Shown: piece after piece, positions 42,506-51,298 of the stretch
How positions within the stretch are numbered: position 1 is the stretch's first letter
How the letters are laid out: the number at the start of each line of letters is the position of its first letter
Source of the DNA: Burkholderiales bacterium
GTDB taxonomy: Bacteria; Pseudomonadota; Gammaproteobacteria; Burkholderiales; SG8-41
Reading direction: 5' to 3'
DNA: 64,000 nt
Assembly (NCBI GenBank): GCA_035626595.1
Contig: DASPNJ010000068.1
Coordinates: 2,312 to 66,311, forward strand
Notes under the pieces: model-generated
Told to the model about the DNA's origin: nothing
The model's database searches: none
Seen by the model: the letters and a program-made list of their open reading frames with translations, nothing else
Program-made: the position numbers and the translations under genes

Positions 42506-42601
42506 GCCGAAAGGAGGAGGTTACGGAGGGACACGGCCCGCGCAGAAGCGGGCCGTGCATCATCGGTTCCCTCTGTTCGTCAGGACGGCGAGGCCCGGAG
42601 G
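42506..42601 (-). repeat. dispersed structured intergenic repeat, copy b (with central hairpin)
   Basis: Minus strand: ACGAACAGAGGGAACC..GGCCCGC-uucugc-GCGGGCC..GTCCCTCCGTAACCTCCTCCTTTCGGC. Lies between the htrA stop and the Lys-rich protein gene. Confidence 0.7.
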
Positions 42602-42620
42602 CTTTAGCCGAGCGCCGTCC

Positions 42621-43688
42621 TCACCGCGCGCGCAGCGCGGCGATGCGAACGCGCAGGTTACGCATCTCGCCGCCACGCAGGATACGCAGCTCGACGTCCT
42701 CGCCGACCGGCGTAAGACCCAGGCGCGCGCGCAGCTCCGCCGCGCTGACGAGCGGACGCCCGTTCACGGCGAGCACGATGTCGCGCTCGCGCAATCCGGC
42801 CTTCTCGGCCGGGGAGCCGGGCTGGACGCCCGCGATTACCACGCCTTCGAGGGTCGAGACGCCGAGCAGCTTCGCGATCTCCGGCGTGATGTCCGCCATC
42901 TCGATGCCGAGCCGCCCGCGGCGCACCTCGCCGAATTTGACGATCTGAGTGAACACGGCGCGCGCCATGTTCGAAGGCACGGCGAAACCGATGCCGACGT
43001 TGCCCCCGGAGGGCGCCACGATTGCCGTGTTGATGCCGATCAGCTCACCGCGCAGGTTGACGAGCGCGCCACCGGAATTGCCGGGATTGATCGACGCGTC
43101 GGTCTGGATGAAATCCTCGTAGCCCTCGGGTGTAAGGCCGCTGCGCCCCAGCGCGCTCACGATGCCGGAAGTCACGGTCTGGCCGATGCCGAAAGGATTG
43201 CCGACCGCGAGCACGTAATCGCCCACGTGCAGTTGGTCCGAATCGCCGAAGCGCAGCGCCGACAGGCTGCGCGGCTCGATCTGGAGCACCGCCACGTCGG
43301 TGCCGGGATCGGAGCCGACGAACCGCGCACGGAACTGGCGCCGGTCCTTGAGCGTGACGATCACCTGCTCGGCGCCCTGGATGACGTGATGGTTGGTCAA
43401 CACGTAGCCCTGCTGCGCATCGACGATGACGCCGGAGCCTGCGGCCTGCTCGCGCCGCGCCGGCCGGTCCGGCAGGTTGAAAAAACGCCTGAAGAACGGA
43501 TCGCGGAACAGCGGGTTGTCTTCGAGCGGCGAGCGCGTGATCACCGAGATGTTCACGACGGCCGGCGTCACCTGGTTCACGATTGGCGCGAGCGTAGGGG
43601 CGCCGCTGCGATCGAGCGGCACGGCCGCGAACCCCGGCACGGCCATTGCCATCACGGCGACGAGCAGCAAAACGAAAACAGGCCTCAT
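42621..43688 (-). CDS. S1C (HtrA/DegS-like) periplasmic serine protease with one PDZ domain
   Basis: Signal peptide, catalytic blocks (TNHHVI, DVAVLQI, GNSGGALVN), C-terminal PDZ. Confidence 0.88.
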   Translation of the reverse strand: MRPVFVLLLVAVMAMAVPGFAAVPLDRSGAPTLAPIVNQVTPAVVNISVITRSPLEDNPLFRDPFFRRFFNLPDRPARREQAAGSGVIVDAQQGYVLTNHHVIQGAEQVIVTLKDRRQFRARFVGSDPGTDVAVLQIEPRSLSALRFGDSDQLHVGDYVLAVGNPFGIGQTVTSGIVSALGRSGLTPEGYEDFIQTDASINPGNSGGALVNLRGELIGINTAIVAPSGGNVGIGFAVPSNMARAVFTQIVKFGEVRRGRLGIEMADITPEIAKLLGVSTLEGVVIAGVQPGSPAEKAGLRERDIVLAVNGRPLVSAAELRARLGLTPVGEDVELRILRGGEMRNLRVRIAALRAR

Positions 43689-45697
43689 TTCAGAATGCGA
43701 AAAAGGTTGTTGTAGTCATCGGTCCATACCGCAAGACCGGGGATTGTCTCCACCGGTTCCGTTGCCGACGCGATCTCCTTGCGGGCGAGCACCTTCGCAT
43801 CGCGCGCGACGAGGATCCAGTCGGTCTTTGCGAAGTCCGACTCTTCGGCCTCGTCGACGATCAGCGCGCTCGCGAGGCCGGCTTCGTGCGCGATCGCCTT
43901 CACTACGGGCGCGAGCCGCAGGAACCGGTTCGTGACGTGGAACGCGATGAGGCCGCCGGGCTTCAAGTGCTTGAGGTACACCGCCAGCGCTTCGCGCGTC
44001 ATGAGGTGGACGGGAATCGAATCGCTCGAGAATGCATCGATCGCGATCAGGTCGTAATTCTGCGCCGGCTCACGCTCCATCGTTAGCCGCGCGTCGCCGA
44101 GCACGGTCTCGACGCTTGCAGGCGTGTCGGCGAGATAGGTGAACTCGCGCTTCGCGACGTCGATCACCTGCGGATTGATCTCATAGAACCGGTACACGTC
44201 CCCGGCACGGCCGTACACCGCGAGCGTGCCGGTACCGAGACCGATCACGGCGACACGCTTGGGTCCGGGCCCGAGCGCCGCCATCGCGCGCCCGATGCCC
44301 GAGGTCGGCCCGTAGTAGGTGGTCGGCTGGTTGCGGCGCGCCTTCGACAGATACTGCTCGCCGTGCATGATCACGCCGTGCGTGAGCCGCCGCGCCGCGC
44401 TGTCGCCGGAGCCCGCATCGCGCACGCGCAGCGTGCCATAGAAGTTACGCATCATCACGCGTGCGCGGTCGGTGAGCGATTCGACGTAGTGATAGACGTG
44501 ATAGCCGGTGAAGCCGATGCAGGCGATGACGAGCAGCGGCACGAACGCCGGCATGCGCCGCACGACGTAGAGCGCCAGCGCGAGCGTCACGATGAGTCCC
44601 AGCGCGAACTCGTAGTACGTAACGAAGATGCGCGGAGCGACGAAGCCGACGATGAAGCCGCCGAGGGCGCCGCCCAGCGATACCATCAGGTAGAAGCTCG
44701 TCAGGTAGCGAGGCGCCGGTTTCATGTTCGCGAGCTCGCCGTGAAAGAACATGCAGCAGACGAACAACCCGGCGGAGAAGAGCGCCACCGATTCCTTGAT
44801 GTCGTGTATGCCGCGCTCTTCGTGCAGCGACCACGCCATCGCGGCGACGGCGACCAGCACCGGCCCGAGAAAGATGTGGCGCTTGTACCAGCCGCGGCCC
44901 TCGAAGCACAGGATGAACGTGACGAGATAGATCGTGAGCGGCAGTATCCACAGGAACGGCACCGAGGCGACGTCGTGCGTGATGTGGTTCGTCACCGCCA
45001 GCAGCAGGAACGAGCCCATCGCCGAGAAGACGAGCCACAGCGTGAAGTCCGCGGCGCGCGGCACGGGGCCCGTATTCATCGCGTCGAGCGTCGCGGCGGC
45101 CGGGACCGAGCTCGGGCGTGAGCGCACGCTGTAGACCGCCGAGGCGATGCACAGCGCGACGAAGAGCGCGTAGCCCGCGCTCCAGCCGTACGACTGCTGC
45201 GCGGTGGTCACCCACGGCTCGAATACGAACGGATAGGACACCAGCGCGAGCAGCGACGCGAAATTCGACAGCGCGAACAGGCGATACACCGTGCCTGCCG
45301 GGAAGCTGCGCGCGAACCACGCCTGCACCAGCGGGCCCGTCGTGGAGAGCAGGAAATAAGGCAGCCCGATGGTTGCGCCGAGCAGTCCCAGGATGCGCAG
45401 CGTCGGATCCTCGTCCCCGGTCGGCTTCCAGGCGGCGCCGGCGACGATCGGCAGCGAGGCGAGGCTCGCGACGAGCAGCACGACGTGCAGCGCGACCTGC
45501 GTGCGCGGCTTCATGTGCCGCGTGGTCCAGTCCGAATACGCGTAGCCGAACAGCAGCAGGAACTGGAAGAACACGAGGCACGTCGTCCACACCGCGGCCG
45601 TGCCGCCGAACCACGGCAGGATCTGCTTCGCCATGATCGGCTGCACCAGGAACAGCAGGAACGCGCTCGCGAAGATCGTCAGCGCATACAGGACCAT
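43685..45697 (-). CDS. fused polytopic membrane domain / spermidine synthase-like methyltransferase-fold protein
   Basis: About 430 aa of TM segments, then an SpeE-like domain (VAVIGLGTGTLA, YDLIAIDAFSSDSIPVHLMT). The stop overlaps the htrA start (ATGA). Confidence 0.75.
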   Translation of the reverse strand: MVLYALTIFASAFLLFLVQPIMAKQILPWFGGTAAVWTTCLVFFQFLLLFGYAYSDWTTRHMKPRTQVALHVVLLVASLASLPIVAGAAWKPTGDEDPTLRILGLLGATIGLPYFLLSTTGPLVQAWFARSFPAGTVYRLFALSNFASLLALVSYPFVFEPWVTTAQQSYGWSAGYALFVALCIASAVYSVRSRPSSVPAAATLDAMNTGPVPRAADFTLWLVFSAMGSFLLLAVTNHITHDVASVPFLWILPLTIYLVTFILCFEGRGWYKRHIFLGPVLVAVAAMAWSLHEERGIHDIKESVALFSAGLFVCCMFFHGELANMKPAPRYLTSFYLMVSLGGALGGFIVGFVAPRIFVTYYEFALGLIVTLALALYVVRRMPAFVPLLVIACIGFTGYHVYHYVESLTDRARVMMRNFYGTLRVRDAGSGDSAARRLTHGVIMHGEQYLSKARRNQPTTYYGPTSGIGRAMAALGPGPKRVAVIGLGTGTLAVYGRAGDVYRFYEINPQVIDVAKREFTYLADTPASVETVLGDARLTMEREPAQNYDLIAIDAFSSDSIPVHLMTREALAVYLKHLKPGGLIAFHVTNRFLRLAPVVKAIAHEAGLASALIVDEAEESDFAKTDWILVARDAKVLARKEIASATEPVETIPGLAVWTDDYNNLFRILK

Positions 45698-45710
45698 CGG
45701 CGACTCCGGA

Positions 45711-46964
45711 TCAGCGGCCGGCCAGCTCGAGCAGCGCCGCGGTCAGCACGCGCGCGCCGGCCGCGAGGTCTTCCGGCTTCGCGTTCTCCGCCTCGTTGTG
45801 GCTCACGCCTTTTTCGCACGGCACGAAGATCATCCCGGTGGGGCATACGCGCGACATGTACATCGCGTCATGGCTCGCCCCCGAAGGCAGGCGCATGTGC
45901 GTCAACTCGAGCGTGCGCGCGGCCTGCTCGATCGTGCCGACCACCTCTGCGTCGAACAGGCATGGATCGTCGTGCAGCGTGGGTGTGACCTTGACGTCAC
46001 ACGGTGCCGCTGCTTCGACGGCGAGCCGCTCGACCGCTTCACCGAGACGCTGTACGGTCGCGCGATCGGGATGGCGGATGTCCACCGAGAAGAGCACGTG
46101 GCTCGCCACGGAGTTCGGCGAGTTGGGTGTGACCAGCACGCGTCCGACGGTGAAGCGTGTGACGTCCTGCGCATCGCCTGTGAGCGCCTGCAGCGCGTTG
46201 ATGATGGACACGGCTGAACGAAAGGCATCTTTGCGGACCGCGAGGGGCGTCGTGCCGGCGTGGTCGGTCTTTCCGAACACTTCGACGTTGAACCAGCGCA
46301 GGCCCTGTATGCCGGTGACGACGCCGATCGTCTTCTCGTGCAGCTCCAGGAGCGGCCCCTGCTCGATATGCGCTTCGATGTACGCCGCCGCCGGCGTATT
46401 GAGCGCGCGCGGTTGGGCGTCCGGCATCGCCGCGAGCGTGCGGGCGAGCGCATCGTTCAGCACGATGCCCTCGTTGTCGGTCACGCCGAGCACCTCGTCG
46501 AGCGCACGCGCGCCGGTATGGACCGCGGAGCCCATCGTGCAGGGCTGGAAACGGCCGCCCTCCTCGTTGCTCCATGCGACGAGCTCGATCGGGCGGCGCG
46601 TCTTCACGCCGGCCGCATCGATCGCTTCCAGCGCTTCGAGCGCCGCCAGCACGCCGTACATGCCGTCGAAGCGTCCGCCGCGCGGCTGGCTGTCCATGTG
46701 GCTGCCGCTCATGACCGGCGCGGCGCCGGCCTCCAGTCCCTCGCGCCGTACGAACAGGTTGCCGATCGCGTCCATGCTCACGCTGAAGTTGCGCGCGCGT
46801 GCCCACTCGACGAGCAGCGCCCGCGCCTGGATGTCCTCTTGCGAGAATGCCGCGCGATTGACGCCGTTGCCGGAAATCGCGCCGATCTGCGCCATCTCCA
46901 TGTGGCGCCGCCACAGCCGCTCCTGATCGACGCGGGAGACCGCGTCCTGATGGTCTTCCCTCAT
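45711..46964 (-). CDS. M20-family amidase, hydantoinase/carbamoylase type (allantoate amidohydrolase / N-carbamoyl-amino-acid hydrolase-like)
   Basis: SGSHMDSQPRGGRFDGMYGVLAALEAL, WSNEEGGRF, HAGTTP motifs. ATG 46964 overlaps the upstream stop (ATGA). Confidence 0.8.
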   Translation of the reverse strand: MREDHQDAVSRVDQERLWRRHMEMAQIGAISGNGVNRAAFSQEDIQARALLVEWARARNFSVSMDAIGNLFVRREGLEAGAAPVMSGSHMDSQPRGGRFDGMYGVLAALEALEAIDAAGVKTRRPIELVAWSNEEGGRFQPCTMGSAVHTGARALDEVLGVTDNEGIVLNDALARTLAAMPDAQPRALNTPAAAYIEAHIEQGPLLELHEKTIGVVTGIQGLRWFNVEVFGKTDHAGTTPLAVRKDAFRSAVSIINALQALTGDAQDVTRFTVGRVLVTPNSPNSVASHVLFSVDIRHPDRATVQRLGEAVERLAVEAAAPCDVKVTPTLHDDPCLFDAEVVGTIEQAARTLELTHMRLPSGASHDAMYMSRVCPTGMIFVPCEKGVSHNEAENAKPEDLAAGARVLTAALLELAGR

Positions 46965-47929
46965 TCGGCCTTGATCCCTGCCGTGCGCACGACGCGCGCC
47001 CACTTGGCGACATCCGCTTTGACGCGCGCCGCGAGCTCGGGCGGACCGCCGGGCGTGACGAAGCCCCCGACCGCGAGCAGCCGGTCCTTCACTTCCTGCT
47101 GACCGAGCGCCTTCTGCACGTCACCGTTCAATTTCGCGATCACGTCCCGCGACGTGCCGGCGGGCACCATCAGGCCGAACCATGAATCGGCTTCGAACCC
47201 TTTCACCGTCTCGCCGATCGCCGGCACGTCCGGCAGCGCGGGCGAGCGGGTGGAGGATGCGACCCCGAGCGCGCGCACCCGTCCCGTTTTGACGTGCGGC
47301 AGCGCCGACGGGATGCTGTCGAAGAACAGCACCACGTGTCCGGCCATGAGATCGGCGATGCCTGGGGCGCTGCCTTTGTACGGCACGTGCAGCGCCCTGA
47401 ATGCCGCCATCTGCTTGAGCAGCTCCTGCTCCAGATGCGAGAGCGTTCCGGGTCCCTGGGAGGCGAAATTGAGCTCGCCGGGACGCGATCTCGCGAGCGC
47501 GATCAGCTCCTTCACGTTGCGGGCCGGCAGCGTCGGATGCGCGACGAGGATGTGCGGCACGTTGCCGACGAGCGACACCGGCGCGAGATCGCGCTCGAGG
47601 TTGTAGCCGAGCTTCGCGTAGGTGCTCATGCCGATCGCGTTCGTGGTGACCGCGGCCATCACCGCGGTGTAGCCGTCGGGCGGCGCCTTCGCGACGATCT
47701 CGAGGCCGAGGTTGCCGCCCGCACCGGGCCGGTTGTCCACTACGAGCTGCTGACCCCATGCTTCGCCGAGCTTCTGGCCCAGCGTGCGGGTGAGCAGGTC
47801 GGCCGCGCCCGACGGCGGGAACGGCACGACGACGCGCACGGGTTTGACCGGATACGCCTGCGCATACACCGGCAGTGCGGCGGCAGACGCGCAGGCGACG
47901 AGCGCTGCGAGCGAGAGCGAACGGACCAT
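46961..47929 (-). CDS. Bug/TctC-family tripartite tricarboxylate transporter substrate-binding protein
   Basis: Signal peptide plus YPVKPVRVVVPFPPSGAADLLTR...VDNRPGAGGNLG, the Bug-family signature. Confidence 0.88.
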   Translation of the reverse strand: MVRSLSLAALVACASAAALPVYAQAYPVKPVRVVVPFPPSGAADLLTRTLGQKLGEAWGQQLVVDNRPGAGGNLGLEIVAKAPPDGYTAVMAAVTTNAIGMSTYAKLGYNLERDLAPVSLVGNVPHILVAHPTLPARNVKELIALARSRPGELNFASQGPGTLSHLEQELLKQMAAFRALHVPYKGSAPGIADLMAGHVVLFFDSIPSALPHVKTGRVRALGVASSTRSPALPDVPAIGETVKGFEADSWFGLMVPAGTSRDVIAKLNGDVQKALGQQEVKDRLLAVGGFVTPGGPPELAARVKADVAKWARVVRTAGIKAE

Positions 47930-47960
47930 CGTGTCTCCTGGAAGGGTGCCGTAGATTAAC

Positions 47961-49751
47961 TCAAGCCGCCTGCGCTGCCGTCTCGACCGCGCCGACCGAG
48001 CGCCGCCAGAGCTCCGCGAACAGCGGCTCGCGCGCGAGCAGCTCGTCGACGCTGCCGCTGTCGATGACCGCGCCGTCCTGCATCAGAACCACGCGATCGA
48101 AGTGTCCGAGGAGGCTCAGGCGATGCACGGCCGCCACGACGCAGGCGTTCGGGAACGCCTGGCTCAGGGCGCCGAATACGCGTGCCTCGGTCATCGCGTC
48201 GAGGCTGCTCGTCGGCTCATCGAGCATCACGAGCGAGCTTTCGCGCGCCGCGAGTATGCCGCGCGCGAGTGCGAGCCGCTGCTTCTGCCCCCCTGAAAAA
48301 TTGAGGCCGCGCTCGGAGATCGCCGTGTCGAGGCCGTCCGGCAGGGCCGTTACGACCGCCTCGAGCTGCGCGATACGCACCGCGTCGGCTATCGCGTCGG
48401 CGGGGTAGGGCGCGCCGAAGGTGATGTTGTCGCGCAGCGACGCTTCGAATACTTCGGCGTCCTGCGGGATCAGCGTCGCCAGCGGCCGCAGGTTGCGCAG
48501 CCCCAGATGCGCGATGCCGTCGATCTCGAAGCGGACGCGATCCGCGTCGTACAGCCCGGCGAGCACCCGCATGAGCGTGCTCTTGCCGGATCCGCTCGGG
48601 CCCACGAGCGCGACCCTCTCGCCGCGTCGCAGCTCGAGGGAAGCGCCTTTGAGCAACGGAGCGTCACGGCGGTTGCGGGCGTAGCTGAACTCGAGGCTTT
48701 CGACCCGGATCCGCTGCCAGTCGCGCGGCAGCGCACCCTGCGGCGCCTGACGCTCGGTCGCGGACCAGATCGGATCGGCGCTCGCGTAGTCGGCGACCAT
48801 GCGGGAGAAATTCTGGTAGTTCATGGCGACCGAGGCCATCACGCCGTGCGCTTGCGTCGCGTACTGGTAAACCATGAACAGGTTGCCGAGCAGCAGCGGC
48901 CCGCCCTCGTGATGCGCGCTCCAGGCGTACGCGGCGACCATCGCCCACGTCGCACCGATCATGAGGAGATCCATCGCGCACCACTTGACCTCGTTCACGA
49001 CGATGCTCCGGCGCAGCGGCTCGAACACCAGCGCCAGCCGCGAGCCGAGGAGCGCGCGCGTCGCTGACTGCAGACGCAGCGCGAGCACGGTGGAGATGTT
49101 GCCCAGGGCGTCGACCAGCACCGCAGAATAGCGGCGCTCCGCGTCGTTCTGCGCGTGTACGAGCCGCATCAGCGCCTTGTCGAAGCGGATGATCACGAGT
49201 GCCACCGCCAGATAGCACGCGATCGCCATCGCGCCCGTGACGCTCGAGAGCAACAGGAGGGCGCCGACCGGGCCGATCAGGTTCACGCAGTTCTGGAGAT
49301 AGATGAACTGACTGCCGGCGAAGTCCGACAGCGCGTGCGTCGTTTTCTCCACGCGATGGAGCGTTTCACCCGAGTGGTGCTTTTCGTGCCATGCGAGCGG
49401 CAGGCCGGTGACGCGCTCGTACAGGCGGTCGGACACCCGCTGCCGCACGTGCACGGCGACGGTGCGCTCGATGACGCGGCCCGGTCCGTGCATCGCCCAC
49501 GAGAGGACCGTCGCCAGCACGATCGCGAGGATCAGAACCGCGGCGCGCGCAACGCTGCCGGTGCCGTGGAGCTGGATCGCGTTGATTGCCTGTGCCGTGA
49601 GCCACGGAATCGCGAGCTTTACGAGCTGAGAGCCGATGAGCAGCGCGTGAGAGACGACGACGTGCAGGCGGCGCCCTTTGGCGTAGTGCCAGAGCGCGCG
49701 GTAGAGATCCAGAAATCCGGGGGTGGTGCAGGCCTGTTCGGCTCTAGTCAT
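47961..49751 (-). CDS. ABC transporter permease/ATP-binding fusion protein (exporter type)
   Basis: TM domain plus Walker A GPSGSGKST, signature FSGGQKQR, Walker B LVMLDEPTSSLD. Confidence 0.85.
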   Translation of the reverse strand: MTRAEQACTTPGFLDLYRALWHYAKGRRLHVVVSHALLIGSQLVKLAIPWLTAQAINAIQLHGTGSVARAAVLILAIVLATVLSWAMHGPGRVIERTVAVHVRQRVSDRLYERVTGLPLAWHEKHHSGETLHRVEKTTHALSDFAGSQFIYLQNCVNLIGPVGALLLLSSVTGAMAIACYLAVALVIIRFDKALMRLVHAQNDAERRYSAVLVDALGNISTVLALRLQSATRALLGSRLALVFEPLRRSIVVNEVKWCAMDLLMIGATWAMVAAYAWSAHHEGGPLLLGNLFMVYQYATQAHGVMASVAMNYQNFSRMVADYASADPIWSATERQAPQGALPRDWQRIRVESLEFSYARNRRDAPLLKGASLELRRGERVALVGPSGSGKSTLMRVLAGLYDADRVRFEIDGIAHLGLRNLRPLATLIPQDAEVFEASLRDNITFGAPYPADAIADAVRIAQLEAVVTALPDGLDTAISERGLNFSGGQKQRLALARGILAARESSLVMLDEPTSSLDAMTEARVFGALSQAFPNACVVAAVHRLSLLGHFDRVVLMQDGAVIDSGSVDELLAREPLFAELWRRSVGAVETAAQAA

Positions 49752-49838
49752 GGTGGTGACGTGCGTGACGCCCCACCCGCTAACGCACCGCCGCGCGGCG
49801 GGTGCACACCCGCGCGCAAAAATTTCTAAGGTCTCGCG

Positions 49839-51236
49839 TTAGGCCGCGAGCAGCCGGGCGATCTTCGTCGCGTCCTCGAGCTTCTCGAGGCCGAGCATCG
49901 CGTCGCGCAGTTGCTCGACCTGCGGCCGCGGCAGCGCTTTCGACGCGAGCTTCTCGAACTTTTCCACGATGTCGGCTTCGGAGGCGAACTTGTACTCGCT
50001 GCCGCGGGCGGACTCCATCGTGCGCTCCATGCGCGTGCCGTCCTTGAGATGGAGCTCGACGCGCACCATGTGGCGGTATTTCGGTCCTTTGCGGGTGATC
50101 TCCTCGTCGTGGTGCACCTCCACGAGCTCGCCGTAGCGCATGCGCTCGGGGTCCGCCACCTTGTCTTCGGTGAAGTGCTCGGCGCTCACGTCGCCTTCGA
50201 TCAAGTACGTGCCGATGCAGTACGGGAGATTCAGTTGCGCCGAGGTGAGGCCCTGCGGCACGTATTTCCAGCCGACGTGGTCCATCGTCACCTGCGAGCC
50301 GCGCACGACGATCTTCTGCACATCGTCGGCCTTGTATGGCCGCTCGGCACGCATCTCGCGCAGCGCGTCGAGCGTCGTATGATTGCTGCCGACACAGGCA
50401 TAGAACTTGAGCGCGACGCCCATCGTCTGCCAGACCTCGCCGAAGCCTCTGGTGAGCTCCTCCAGGTTGAAGCGGTCTTTCGAGCGCGAGAAGGTCGTGC
50501 AGTAGCCGCCGTATTCGCTTTCGAGGACATTGACGATGCCGGTGAACCCGGCCTCCGCGAAAAGCGCGCCGTACAGACCCGATTGTGACGAGCGTCCGGC
50601 GTGCATGCGCTTCACCATTGCCCCGTACTGCGCCGCCATGAGCCCGGCCGCCTGCGTGCCGGCGATGCCGAGCGCGTGCACCGTTTTCGCGACGTCGAGT
50701 TTGAGCCCGCGCGCCGCGCCCGACGCGGCGGAGAACACTCCGAGGGTGGCGCCCGAATGCCAGCCCTGCGCGATGTGCTCGGGCCCCATGCACAGACCCA
50801 CGCGCGGCCCGATCTCGTAGCCGGCGACGGCGGAGGTGATGAATTCCTTTCCGCTCATGCCCGGCTTGAGCTCGGTGAGGGCGACGAGCGCCGGCAGCAC
50901 CACCGCACCGACGTGCAGCACGCCCGCGCGATGGACGTCGTCGAGCTCGAAGCCCTGGACCTGCGTGCCGTTGACCAGCGCGCTGTGCGGCGCCGACAGC
51001 TTCTGATCGGTGCCCCAGACGGCGCAGGCGCGGGTCGTGTCGATACTCCGAAGCTTGTCCTGCAGAATGCGCGTCCACTCGAGATCCGCGCCGTACAACG
51101 CGCAGCCGAAGGAGTCCAGCATCAGCAGCTTGATGCGGCTGCGGACGTCCTCGGGAATGCGCTCGTACTGGAGACCCGAGACGAACTCCGCGATGCCGCG
51201 GGTGTAGGGATTGTCGGTGCCGGCGTCGTGCGCCAT
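49839..51236 (-). CDS. MmgE/PrpD-family protein (paralog 1)
   Basis: 465 aa. PrpD-family pattern (DSFGCALYGA, VLPALVAL..., GWHSGATLGVF). Confidence 0.8.
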   Translation of the reverse strand: MAHDAGTDNPYTRGIAEFVSGLQYERIPEDVRSRIKLLMLDSFGCALYGADLEWTRILQDKLRSIDTTRACAVWGTDQKLSAPHSALVNGTQVQGFELDDVHRAGVLHVGAVVLPALVALTELKPGMSGKEFITSAVAGYEIGPRVGLCMGPEHIAQGWHSGATLGVFSAASGAARGLKLDVAKTVHALGIAGTQAAGLMAAQYGAMVKRMHAGRSSQSGLYGALFAEAGFTGIVNVLESEYGGYCTTFSRSKDRFNLEELTRGFGEVWQTMGVALKFYACVGSNHTTLDALREMRAERPYKADDVQKIVVRGSQVTMDHVGWKYVPQGLTSAQLNLPYCIGTYLIEGDVSAEHFTEDKVADPERMRYGELVEVHHDEEITRKGPKYRHMVRVELHLKDGTRMERTMESARGSEYKFASEADIVEKFEKLASKALPRPQVEQLRDAMLGLEKLEDATKIARLLAA

Positions 51237-51298
51237 CGAATACTCCTGAAGCCGTTACCTTGGCGCCTTGGCGCCTTCGTGTGTCGGCGGTTGATCCT

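Noticed and set aside
42506-42601. Resemblance of the repeat to the 16S rRNA 3' end: GGT(A/T)AC(C)G.AGGG(G)AAC on one strand and ACCUCCU on the other.
   Set aside because: The similarity is short and purine-biased and is split across opposite strands. The pairing scheme differs from helix 45. It is not an rRNA fragment. It is kept only as a note that the tail contains the CCUCC anti-SD core.
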